A model generated the notes under the pieces. The model was given only the letters and a program-made list of their open reading frames with translations. It searched no databases and was not told the DNA's origin. The position numbers were made by a program, and so were the translations under genes. DNA of 63,990 nucleotides, the filler included, from Octopus bimaculoides (taxonomy: Eukaryota): the NCBI RefSeq assembly GCF_001194135.2. It is 5 parts of 5 records of this genome, joined end to end, with 100 filler letters (N's around TTAATTAATTAA, not from the genome) between each part and the next. Parts side by side here need not be neighbours in the genome. Positions count along the whole stretch, not along the records: positions 1 to 25,977 come from NC_068986.1; 4 more parts are not named here. One strand, written 5' to 3'. Shown piece by piece: positions 1-11,159 of the stretch (positions within the stretch are counted from its first letter, which is position 1; each line of letters opens with the position of its first letter).

Positions 1-160
1 TATATATATTATATATACACACATACATACATACACTATTTATATAAATCATATCTCAATTAAGGCTAATTTGGGATTTAAGTTTCCTGCTAAAGTAAAT
101 ATTTCATCTGTAGAATGTTCTTTTAGCAAAAGTGAGGAAAAGTAGCAAACGTTATCTTAC

Positions 161-190
161 CATAATACATTTACACGCACATTTACTCAT
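161..190 (-). CDS. Possible first coding exon (MSKCACKCIM) of a gene running off the left edge
   Basis: ATG at 190-188 with an in-frame upstream TAG; 30 nt ending ATG|GTAAGA. No homology recognised. Confidence 0.25.
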
Positions 191-249
191 GTAACCATCA
201 ACAACAACAACAACAACAACAAAGCGGTATTGATTACTCACTTTCTACG

Positions 250-293
<44 letters not shown>

Positions 294-1130
294 CTGATAT
301 CGAATAGTGAAAACGAGTGCTGAGCAACGCATTAGTGGATAAATATTCTTTATTTAAAGGTTAATAAGGCTACCACTGGTTTCATGCAATAATTCTCAGC
401 AATTATCAAACCTGTCACATTGGTACGTTGGTACTCATCTCAATCTTGGATGAGAATACAAGGAATATATATAAATATATTACACTTATGACAAAGCTGT
501 ATCTGCATTCACATATATAAGTGTGTATATATGCTTATTATATCCTATAATGTATTAATATTGAAGGTAATGTGCAATCGCAATGTATAAACATATAATG
601 CAAATTAAGACGAGCAAACTTTAAAGAGAGAGGATGATGATGATGATGGATCGTAAATGAACACAAAACTTTATTTAGAAGTGTGTGATATTTTAACTGT
701 TTAGCCCAGGTCAACCCTGATCAACGTGACCATCCTGACATATTTTCACCTTAATGTACTCCAGACCAGTGCTTCTCATTCTAACACATATCTCCCTATT
801 CGCCAATTTTTTCCCTTATTAACAGTTTGTATTTCTATAAATATTCTTTTTCCTTCGCCATGGTGTTTGGGCAACTAAAAAAACCATCGACCTTTATTAA
901 ATATAGCAAGCAATTTGGCTGCTCCCTATTCAATATTCCGAGGCCACATCTTTATGAGAAACAATACTCCAAGCTACATTATTTAACGTTGAGAGTTTTT
1001 TCATTCAAGTCTATGTGTTGAGTTTTTACACTATTAAAGTGAATACAAGTGTATATCTGTGTACGTATAATTGTGAAAGTGCGCAGGTACGTTTATACAT
1101 TATACAAATATTCAAGTGTATTTCAGAGTG

Positions 1131-1175
<45 letters not shown>

Positions 1176-2439
1176 TCTTCAATACGTGTATGCATGAGTC
1201 CCTGGTGCGAGTGAGTATACATGGACGTATAACGTGTAGGTGAGTAAGAATACTTGAGCTCGTAAATGTGTATACACAAGACAGCGAGTGTGTGGGTGTA
1301 TGTATACATGATTTCGTGAGTGAGTGTATATATAAGAGTCTGTTACTGGACGTGTGTGTGTGTGGATTCATGAACCTGTGTGTGAGAGAGAGAGAGATGA
1401 GTCTAAATCTTTCCAAGCTTGCTTAAAAACCCAAGATGTAAATAGAGTTAAAAATAACAACAAACATTTATTCTCACACTATAAAGTCATACAATATAAA
1501 CAAGCACACACACACACACACACACACACACGCAACATTTAAAGAAAACACACGGATGCACACACTCCACCCACCAGTAAAATATAAAAATAAAAGAAAC
1601 ACCAATTACCAAAAAAAGCTCAGCTTATCAGAAATAACAGCTAAGTCTGTCTCAAACTCTACTCTACCGACCTGGATCTAAACAACAACTAAAACACAAC
1701 AAACCAACGAAAAAAACCTGTAAGAGGTGGTTTCTTTTACTAGAAATAGTAGCCAAATTTCTCGTAATTTCCACCGTGCAGTCTAGACAAAAAATGGAGA
1801 GGGGTGCTTGGACAATGCATTTAAGGGTTCACTGTATTTAGAGATGACCTAGGGCTAAACAACAACAACAAACGAAAAACACGTGGCAACGAGGGAGCTT
1901 TGAGGCAGTCGCTCGAATTACTAGAAATCGACATCAAATCTTCATCAAATCACATTCTATGATTATAATAGACGGAGTGTTGGTTAGATAACAACAGGAT
2001 AAGATGGATTATGTCTGCATAAAATCGATTGTATGGTCCATCTTTGATCACTGATGTGCTCGAAGGTTGCTTACCTAGGGCTGAATAAACACCCAACTCA
2101 AGACACACTCAATCATACACACACAAGAACGCACGCACACACACACACAGATAAATCGTTTGAAAATGAACCCAAACATTTAAAAATAAAATTACTGCTT
2201 TAATTAACATTGATAACAACTGTTAAAGAATTACGTATGTATTTTAGCAGAGAGATCAGCCATTGAGAGGAGAGACCATTGTGAATATTTTGTGTTGATG
2301 GAGAAGAAAGACAGAACGAGATATTATAGCATGGGATGAAGGAGGAATCTTCCAAAGAAATATGTTTACCATCCAACGATCCATTTGCTATTTGCATACA
2401 CCAATGTACAATATGTATATACATACATTATACATATAC

Positions 2440-2503
<64 letters not shown>

Positions 2504-3638
2504 TTGTATATATGCTGCAGTGAAAAGACAAGATGGCTTTTTCTGGACAAAACAGCGAGGCCACAGCAGAAACAGAATCATTTCCCCCACCTCCTCTCTT
2601 TCATTCTCCGTAACACACACACACACACACAAACAAACACGCGCGCACTTACACACACACACACACGTACTCACTCACTCACTCACGCGCGCGCATAGAG
2701 GGTTGTTGTTTATTATAAAGCAAGCTGTAAATAAACATTAGAGCTAGGAATGGTGACAGATTTATAAACAAACAATCAAATAACAACAATGGGCAGCAAA
2801 CAAGAGAGGAATGGTGTTTCTCTTACCTTTTTTGAAATCAGTAATTAACAAAGAAGTCTTCTCAACGATCCACAACAATCCTTTTCGTGTTTACGGTTAA
2901 CGGGATAAAGAAATTTTTCTGTATTTATTTTCCTGCAGTTATTGCTATTTGTTTAGGCGAAGTCAAACAGCTTGCCTATACTATATGTTATATATGAATC
3001 TATATGGATGTATAGCTACAACAATTTTGTTTTGTGTTTATATTATTTAAAAGCAACCGTCCTTTTCATTATCATTGTAATTCTTATTATTATTGGTATC
3101 AATGTTTACAAGACAATGTGTCTTCAACAATAAACACACATATATAAATAATATTATTATTACAATCAACAAACATTGGTCGGCAGAGTCTCCCAAGTTA
3201 AGCGTCTACAGCTAAAAAGGGACTTCAAACATTTGTTTCTCTGCAACTGTTACAGAAACAGCAGCACATGGGATCATTGACTATCAACGTAAACTGTAGT
3301 TGGTATTGTTGTTGTTGCTGCAGCAGTAGCAGTAGTAGTGGTCCTGGTGTTTTTCACAAAAAAAAAAATACACGTAAGCCCAAGTAGCTTCAGTGTGTTA
3401 GCTGTGACTGCTGAACCAAATACTTTTGCTTTCTAAAGCAAGAAAAAGGGGGTGTGTCTTCACATCACGAAGTGCGCGCACGCACACACACACACCACAC
3501 GCCACATATAGACTACGTGTACTTTGCTAAATGTTAAGTTGACATCGGATAACTAGGCACGTTTTTACGATCAGATTAATCATAAATAAACGTATTATGA
3601 AAAGATTATACCTTTTAATATATATATCAAAAGGTATA

Positions 3639-3676
<38 letters not shown>

Positions 3677-3756
3677 ATATATTAAAGATGGAGGTGGAAA
3701 TAGCACATACATAGTATTAAAAATAAAACACGTTGATATTCGGCATGATTTTATAT

Positions 3757-4936
3757 ATCATCATCATCATCATCATCAACGTCCATTGTCCACCCTGGCA
3801 TGGGTTGGGAGGTGTGACCAGAGCTGTCAGGCTGGGGAGCTGCAATAGACCCCCAATCTGATTTGGCACGATTTCTACGGTTGGATGCTCTTCCTAACGC
3901 CAACCACTTTACAGTGTGCTGGGTGTTCTTACGTGGCACCACGGGGGGGGGGGCTTTTACGTGGAACCAACATGAATGCTTTTCACCATCAGAGGGACCA
4001 GTCTTAATATTTCTGCTGTGAGGTATGGGTCTTCTTGAGCACAGCAAGGCACCAGGCATCTTGGCCCTTTGTCATCTCACCTGAAAGGTTCAGCATCCTG
4101 AAGACATTCTTTTGTACTTCATCCCATTTACTTCAAGAGATAGGCATTTCTTATTGAGATATCAGCATCCATCCACACCACATGACCAAACCAGCACAGT
4201 CTTCTCTCTGGCACACAGCAACCAATTCCTCTTATGCCTAACTTCTCTTTCAAAACACTAGCACTCTGTCAAACATGTACACTTACATTACACATCCAGC
4301 AGAGCATACTATCGTCATTCCTTTCTAACCTTTGCATGTCCTCTGCATTCAGGGCCCATGTCTCACCACCCTGTAGAATTTCTGTCTCTATTAATGCATC
4401 ATACAATCTTCCTTTCACTCGGAGAGAGAACCATTTCGTGGCCAACAGAGGTAACAGCTCTCTGAATTTCCTCCATCCTGTTCTTATTCTAGCTATCACA
4501 CTCTCTGCTCATCCTCCCCATCTACTAATTTGATCCCCTATATAGCAGAAGTTATCTACTACCTCTAATGTACCACCAGGGCATTTGAGAGAATCAATTT
4601 CCCTTGGCTCTACAGTTTTTATGGATCTTGTGCATCTTCCACATATGAAAATTATCTTCTCTGATAACTTTCCTATTAATCCACTGCACTTCTTGTGTGT
4701 CCATAGCTTACACTGGATACACCGCATGGAGTTCCTGCCTACACCTTTCCTACAAATCGAACAGGGCCACCTACCTGAGGGGGGGGGGTAGAGTCCCATC
4801 AGTTTTCTTGCTCACTAGGACCTTAGTCTTTGCTAAATTAACCTTAAAGCCCTTAGATACCAGGTTTTGCTTCCACCCTTGGAATTTCTCTTCTAGCTCT
4901 GATATGGAATCTGCTATGAGGGCAAGATCATCAGCA
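3757..4936 (-). mobile_element. RTE-clade LINE, 5'-truncated, frameshifted ORF2 with PHD finger, ATG-repeat tail
   Basis: Peptides ADDLALIAD...GFKVNLAKTK, CSIC..CIQC..HKKC..CGRC, LEVVDNFCYIGD, ARIRTGWRKFRELLPLL and ETWAL..RLERND; 3' tail CAT/ATG repeat. Confidence 0.85.
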
Positions 4937-4956
4937 CACACACACACACACACACA

Positions 4957-5308
4957 CATCATAAATGTCTGCTTTCCATGCTGGCATGGGTTGGATGGCT
5001 TCACTGAAAACCGGTAAGCTGGGGAGCTGCACCAGGTGCCAAAATGAGTTGGCATTTGCAAAAAAGTTCTTTGATGTGGTGCATATGTGTTATGTTTGGG
5101 ACGTTTTTAGTGTGCATGTGTGTGTGTGTGTGTGTGTGTATGTGCAAGTGCATCCCACTCTTATCATTTAACATCCATTGTCCATGCTAGCATAGGTTGG
5201 ACAGTTTGACCAGGGCTGACAAGCTGGGTGGGCTGCACTAGACACCAGTCTGATTTGGCATGATTTCTAGGGCTGGATACCCTTCCTAATGCCAACCACT
5301 CCGTGAGT
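4957..5308 (-). mobile_element. Two truncated RTE 3'-tail copies
   Basis: Shared tail core CCATGCTRGCATGGGTTGGA...GGATGCCCTTCCTAA..CCAACCACTC. Confidence 0.75.
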
Positions 5309-5311
5309 GTA

Positions 5312-5363
<52 letters not shown>

Positions 5364-5364
5364 C

Positions 5365-5440
5365 ATATGTTTTTGATCTAGTTTGGATTCTTTGCAATCA
5401 AATTTGATGGCAAAAAATCCAAATTAGATTGAAAACATAT
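5365..5440. repeat. 76-bp loopless imperfect palindrome inside a (TA)n tract
   Basis: 38-bp arms match at 33/38, centred on AAA|TTT at 5402/5403. Confidence 0.85.
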
Positions 5441-5446
5441 ATATAT

Positions 5447-6281
5447 ATAAAGTGTAGTATATTGCCACTTAAGTGTGGCTGACCCCTAGGGGTGGATGTT
5501 ACTGTTGCTTTTAGCCCCAGGAGGACATCTCCTCCAGCTGGCTTATCGACACACGACTGTGTCCTGTTTGCCAAGGGAGTTATCCCTCTCACCACGACCA
5601 GCAGCACGAACGTATCCGGATTTCAGGGTTATTTCCCTTCTTCGGCGTTCGACAGCTGATGACCTTGGTGAGAGAGAAAAACCTGGCAAAATCTTATATC
5701 TTCTTTTCCAGTGACATTCTTCACTGATATTGAAAAGGTGAAAACAAGCAATGTTAATTCTCTAAATGAAGTATTAACAGTAACTGCACGATAAAGTGTA
5801 GTATATTGCCACTTAAGTGTGNNNNNNNNNNNNNNNNNNNNNNNNNNNNNNNNNNNNNNNNNNNNNNNNNNNNNNNNNNNNNNNNNNNNNNNNNNNNNNN
5901 NNNNNNNNNNNNNNNNNNNNNNNNNNNNNNNNNNNNNNNNNNNNNNNNNNNNNNNNNNNNNNNNNNNNNNNNNNNNNNNNNNNNNNNNNNNNNNNNNNNN
6001 NNNNNNNNNNNNNNNNNNNNNNNNNNNNNNNNNNNNNNNNNNNNNNNNNNNNNNNNNNNNNNNNNCCTGAAATCCGGATACGTTCGTGCTGCTGGTCGTG
6101 GTGAGAGGGATAACTCCCTTGGCAAACAGGACACAGTCGTGTGTCGATAAGCCAGCTGGAGGAGATGTCCTCCTGGGGCTAAAAGCAACAGTAACATCCA
6201 CCCCTAGGGGTCAGCCACACTTAAGTGGCAATATACTACACTTTATCGTGCAGTTACTGTTAATACTTCATTTAGAGAATT

Positions 6282-6286
<5 letters not shown>
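5447..6286. repeat. Identical direct and inverted copies around an N gap
   Basis: 5447-5627 equals the reverse complement of 6066-6246; 5751-5821 equals the reverse complement of 6216-6286. The ORF track gives identical peptides on opposite strands. Confidence 0.85.
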
Positions 6287-6322
<36 letters not shown>

Positions 6323-6399
6323 CACATATGTATACACACACATAAACTTGTGGACTGCCTGTAGTTCACAGTCATCAATGGTAGTTGTAGGAGAGTGTT

Positions 6400-6760
6400 A
6401 ATGTCTTGGAAACAAAAATTTGTCTTCTTCAGGCAGATGGTTAAGATGAAAGCTAAAATCTTTACAGGCTCTTATGAGACTGCCCATGAGGCATTGAAGT
6501 TGCTCCTCTGAGTATCATGCCAGAGATGCATCATCTGCAAACTCTCTAATGAATCTTTTGCATACTTTGGTTTTCAGGCTCAGTCGTGATAGACTGAGCA
6601 ATTTCTCATCTGATTCTATGTGAAGGTAAACAGCATCATTTAATGTCCCAAAGGTATAATTCAGCATAACAGTAAAAAAACCACCAAACAAGGTGAAGGT
6701 GAGTACACAGCCCTGTTTAACTCCACTGCAAATGCTGAATGATCCTGAGGAAGAACCAAG
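6400..6760 (-). mobile_element. RTE (BovB-like) LINE reverse-transcriptase fragment
   Basis: Minus translation SGVKQGCVL..TLF...SDEKLLSLSRLSLKTKV..FIREFADDASLA..EEQLQCLM, with a stop and a frameshift. Confidence 0.8.
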
Positions 6761-6934
6761 AAACTAAATGACACTTTCATTTCTGGAGTAAAGATTGTTT
6801 GCCAACATAACATGGCAGTCCTGGTTTAGGACGAATGTTGCTGTAATTTAGCCCCAGGAGACATTGTCTCCAGCTGGCTATAAGACACGATTTGTGTCCT
6901 TATATTTTTGAAGCGCCATTTGAGCATGCTATTT

Positions 6935-7150
6935 GCCAGTACCGCCTGACTGGCCTTTGTACTGGTGGCATGTAAAAGCACCCACTACACTCTCTGAGTG
7001 GTTGGCGTTAGGAAGGGCATCCAGCTGTAGAAACTTTGCCAGATCAGATTGGAGCCTGGTGCAGCCTTCTGGCTTGCCAGCCCTCATTCAAACCGGCCAA
7101 TCTATGCTAGCATGGAAAGCAGATGTTAAATGATGACGACAACGATGATT
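6935..7150 (+). mobile_element. RTE 3'-tail copy
   Basis: GGCATGTAAAAGCACCCACTACACTCTCTGAGTGGTTGGCGTTAGGAAGGGCATCCAGC...TGATGACGAC. Confidence 0.8.
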
Positions 7151-7216
7151 TGTTGATATCAGCATCAAGCAGCATTTAGGTATAGTGAACTTGAGGTTAG
7201 TTAAAATGTTTGCGAT

Positions 7217-7480
7217 ATATTTCAACTTCTAAAGGCAAATTCACTGCAGTTACCATGGTGAAAATATTCTCTCTGTGGAAAAAGGTGTAAAAACACCATA
7301 TCCGTCCAGTGGTGCCTCCTTTTGGATTCCCAGACGCTGCATTTCTAGCTTTACGCAGTGTCTAGGAATCTGATAGGGAGCAGCACTGGACAGATGTTGT
7401 GTTTTTACACCTTTTTACTGTAAGAGAGAATTTTTTCTCCAGGGTAACTGCAGTGAATTTACTTTTAGAAGCTGAAATAT
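7217..7480. mobile_element. Fold-back (MITE-like) element with about 125-bp inverted arms and a 14-nt loop
   Basis: The outer 38 bp match 35/38 and similarity continues to the centre (GATTCCCAGACGCTGC vs GCAGTGTCTAGGAATC). Confidence 0.75.
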
Positions 7481-8298
7481 CTCACAGACATATTCTAACT
7501 AGCCTTAAGTTCACATATATATATATATATATATCCATATATATATCGATGGGTATAGACACATACACATCTATAGAGAAAGCAAGCTAATGATGGACCT
7601 GCTTAGCAGTCATTTGACTGATGAGAAATAGCAGCCAAACCTCCCTCAAATCCTACTCTGCTGACACATTCTATAATGAATTCCTAGATATCCTTTGTCT
7701 AACAAAAGAAGAGACCTTGATAAGAAACTCAATCTTAAACCACCATCAGCTTATCGATTACGCATTCTTCATAAATATCCAAATGTCTTCGATGAAGCCA
7801 CTGTGAAATCTGTAAATCTTGCATGCTGTGTTTGTCACAACCTTCCTGATTACTCATCATCTAATGTTTCATCATTCTTAATTAGGTTTTCCTGGTTGTG
7901 TGGTTCAGAAGTTTGTTTCATGACAACATGACTTGAGATTCATTTCTACTGTCTGGCACTGAAGGCAGGGGTTTCCTGGTAGTAATGCCTCATGCTGAAC
8001 CAATGGTAGATGGAAATTATTGGAAACCAGTAATATATATATAATAATAATAATTGTCATCATCATCACTGTAATGTACACTTTTCCAGATGCCTTTCCT
8101 GTTGCCAACCCTCATCTGTTTCTAAGCAAGGTATTTTTTCCCTATGGCAAAATATATTTCCACAGAGGATCGGAAATGAATGACACCACTTGTTTGCATG
8201 ATAACAACCCATTTATAACTAATGTGGGATGTCAAGACAAGGGTGGACATGCACACACCCACACACACATAATATACATGTATGTTCATGTGTAAGTG

Positions 8299-8344
<46 letters not shown>

Positions 8345-8345
<1 letters not shown>

Positions 8346-8810
8346 TCCACTTGTGAAGACCTGTGGAGGCAAGTGAAATCGAAATCGAACTAAATTCGAC
8401 GACTGGCACCCATGCCAACGTCGTCTCCTTCATTGGACACTAAACTTGGCTTGCGAAGACCTGTTGGGGAAAGCGAAAGCAAAATCATGATGGCACCTGT
8501 ACCTAGCATCACCTTCCTGGCACTTGTGCTGGTGGCACATGTAAAGACATTTGAGCGAAATCGTTGCCAGTGCCGCTGGACTGGCTCCTGTGCAGGTGGC
8601 ATGTAAAATACACCATTTTGAGCGTGGCCGTTGCCAGTACCGTAAAAGCACCCACTACACTCTCGGAGTGGTTGGCGTTAGGAAGGGCATCCAGCTGTAG
8701 AAACTGTCAGATCAGATTGGAGCCGAGTGCAGCCATCTGGTTCGCCAGTCCTCAGTCAAATCGTCCAACCCATGCTAGCATGGAAAGCGGACATTAAACG
8801 ATGATGATGA
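8345..8810 (+). mobile_element. Long RTE 3'-UTR copy with subrepeats
   Basis: Same tail family; contains CCATGCTAGCATGG at 8770-8783 and an ATG-repeat tail. Confidence 0.8.
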
Positions 8811-8831
8811 TATATATATATATATATATGT

Positions 8832-9081
8832 ATGAAAATTGTATTGTAAATACACAAATGACAAATAGAAAATGTATGACGTAAACTGAGTGCACAAATG
8901 GACAGGAGACAGATACAGAAGGTCCCTAATTCTTCATCTGTTAACAACCAGATGTTATTACTCATTAATGGTGCAAAACTGAGTCATACCATCTGTGTGC
9001 GTCTTCCGTCCATTTGTGCACTCAATTTATGCTATATGTTTTTTATTTGTCGTTTGTGTATTCAAAATACAATTTTCTCAT
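8832..9081. mobile_element. Fold-back (MITE-like) element of about 250 bp
   Basis: The left arm ATGAAAATTGTATTG...TGAGTGCACAAATGGAC matches the reverse complement of the right arm over about 90 bp. Confidence 0.75.
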
Positions 9082-9099
9082 TTATTAAGTAACAGAATG

Positions 9100-10305
9100 C
9101 AACACACCCTGACTTTCAGTTTTATCAACATTGCAAAAGTGGGCAGCTGAATTTAGGAGCAGGGAAATGACCCAACATTTGGATGTCCTACAACTGCCAC
9201 CTACAAGGACAACATTGATCATATTCACCATATTGTGATGGACGACAGGTGATTAGCTATAAATCAAATAGTCAATGCTATTAGCATATCCTGTGAGAGC
9301 GTTGAGGATATTCTGCACTATGAACTCAGCATGATGAAAGTTTCCGCTTGGCGGGTGCCACATCTTCTGACACCTGGTTAAAAGCGCACCAGGTTGATCA
9401 CATCATGGGAAAATCTGACATTGTTTGAGGCAGATCGAGCTGATGCTGGTTTCCTTGAAATGTTTTCTAAGCTAGGATGAGTGTTGGCTTCATCATCGTT
9501 TAACGTCCGCTTTCCATGCTAGCATGGGTTGGACGATTTGACTGAGGACTGGTGGACCAGGAGGCGACACCAGGCTCCAATCTGATTTGGCAGAGTTTCT
9601 ACAGCTGGATGCCCTTCCTAACACCAACCACTCCGAGAGTGTAGGGGGTGCTTTTACATGTCACCCGCACGAAAGGCCAGTCAGGCGGTACTGGCATCTA
9701 CCACACTCAAAATGGTGTATTTTATGTGCCACCTGCACAAGAGCCAGTCCAGGGGCACTGGCATTCATCATTTTGAGCCAGAGACAAAGAAACAATCCAT
9801 GCAGTGGAAACACCTTTCCTTATCTGCTCCAAAGAAGGGCAAGTTTATTTCATCTGCAGGGAAGGTGAAGGCCTCAGCTTTTTGGGATGCAAAAGGCATT
9901 GTGTTTATTGACTATCTCCAGAAGGGTCATACCATCAATGGAGAGTACTAGGCGAACATGCCGAGACAGTTACGAAAGACTATCAAGCTCAAATGCCTAG
10001 AAAAACTACTGAAAGGGGTCTTGTTTCATTTGGACAATGCTCCAGCATGGAAATCTTGCTTTCAATGGCTGCTGTGCATGACTGGCTTTGAACTGGTTGA
10101 TCACCCTCCTTATTCTCCTGATTTGGCCCCAGCTCACTATCATCTATTTCCCAACATGAAAAAAAAAAACCGCTTGGCTAGGAACCAATATTGCAGTGAT
10201 GATGACGTCATATCTGCTGTTGATGACTGTTTTTGACCAACGGGATGAAAGCTTCTTCACCAATGGGATCCAAGCACTGCAACACTGATGGAAGAAGTGT
10301 GTTGA
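9100..10305 (+). mobile_element. Mariner transposase pseudogene, interrupted by an RTE tail at 9497-9763
   Basis: MMKVSAWRVPHLLT (WVPHEL-like), HHFEPETKKQSMQWKH, FWDAKGIVFIDYLQKGHTINGEY, FHLDNAPA, HPPYSPDLAP; multiple stops. Confidence 0.9.
9497..9763 (-). mobile_element. RTE 3'-tail insertion with target-site duplication
   Basis: Flanked by TTCATCAT at 9489-9496 and 9764-9771. Confidence 0.85.
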
Positions 10306-10317
10306 CTGCTTTATGTG

Positions 10318-10658
10318 CATCATCATCGTTTAATGTCCGCTTTCCATGCTGGCTCAGATTGGATGGTTTGACTGAGGAATGGCAGGCCGGGAGGCTGCCC
10401 CAGGCTCCAAATTGTTCTGGCAAGGTTTCTACAGTTGGATGCCCTTCCTAACACCAACAACTCCAAGAGTGTAGTGGGTGCTTTTTATGTGCCATTGGCA
10501 CAGGGCCAGTCAGGCAGCACTGGAGCCAGTCAGGTGGCACTGGCAACGACTCACACTCAAATGGTGCTTTTTACATGCCACCAGCATGGGAGCCAGTCGG
10601 GCGGCACTGGCATCGGCCATGCTCAAATGGTACTTTGTACGTGCCACCAGCATGGGAT
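10318..10658 (-). mobile_element. RTE 3'-tail copy with 2+ subrepeat units
   Basis: Tail core plus repeated GCCAGTC..GCACTGGC...AATGGTGCTTTTTAC units. Confidence 0.8.
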
Positions 10659-10686
10659 GTGTGGTAAGAAGCTTGCTTCCCAACCA

Positions 10687-10960
10687 GCAGTGAAACATGT
10701 GCTGTGACTGCTGAGGACATGCGTAGGTTTGAAAGAAATGAAGCCAGTATGCTTCACTGGATGTGAATTGTCAGTGTGCATATACGACAGAGTGTAAGTG
10801 CCCTGAGAGAAAAGTTGGACATAAGAAGCATCAGGTGTCATTCAATTTGAATGTCCTGTGAAAAAAGTATGTCTGGCCATAGAAAACCTGCCTCAGTAAA
10901 TTCCCTCTGATCTATGAAGCATGGAAAAGTGAACATTACATGTTGACGATGATGATGATA
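10687..10960 (+). mobile_element. RTE ORF2 C-terminal fragment plus variant tail
   Basis: Peptide like AVTAEDMRRFERNEASMLHW...RQSVSALREKLDIRSIRC, followed by a GATGATGATGA tail. Confidence 0.7.
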
Positions 10961-11159
10961 TCCATAGCTACTGAGCTGTTAATGTTTACACTGAGATTTG
11001 CAGATTACATTGTTTTTCTGAAGTAGTGTCTTGTTTCATGTTGACTAGTTTTTTAAAAATTATTTTTATGAAACTGTTTACATCAGACACACAAGCACAA
11101 CACCCACATTGGTTGACCCCTGCATTTAGATCAATCTGGCATCACAACTCATCAAATAC

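Noticed and set aside
7905-7994. Phase-0 candidate for DNAAF2 exon 2 (HEALLPGNPCLQC...*)
   Set aside because: The acceptor is plausible, but the peptide has no resemblance to the kintoun continuation or C-terminus.
9100-10305. Possible domesticated mariner (SETMAR-like) gene
   Set aside because: Multiple stops and frameshifts plus a retroelement insertion; no SET domain seen.
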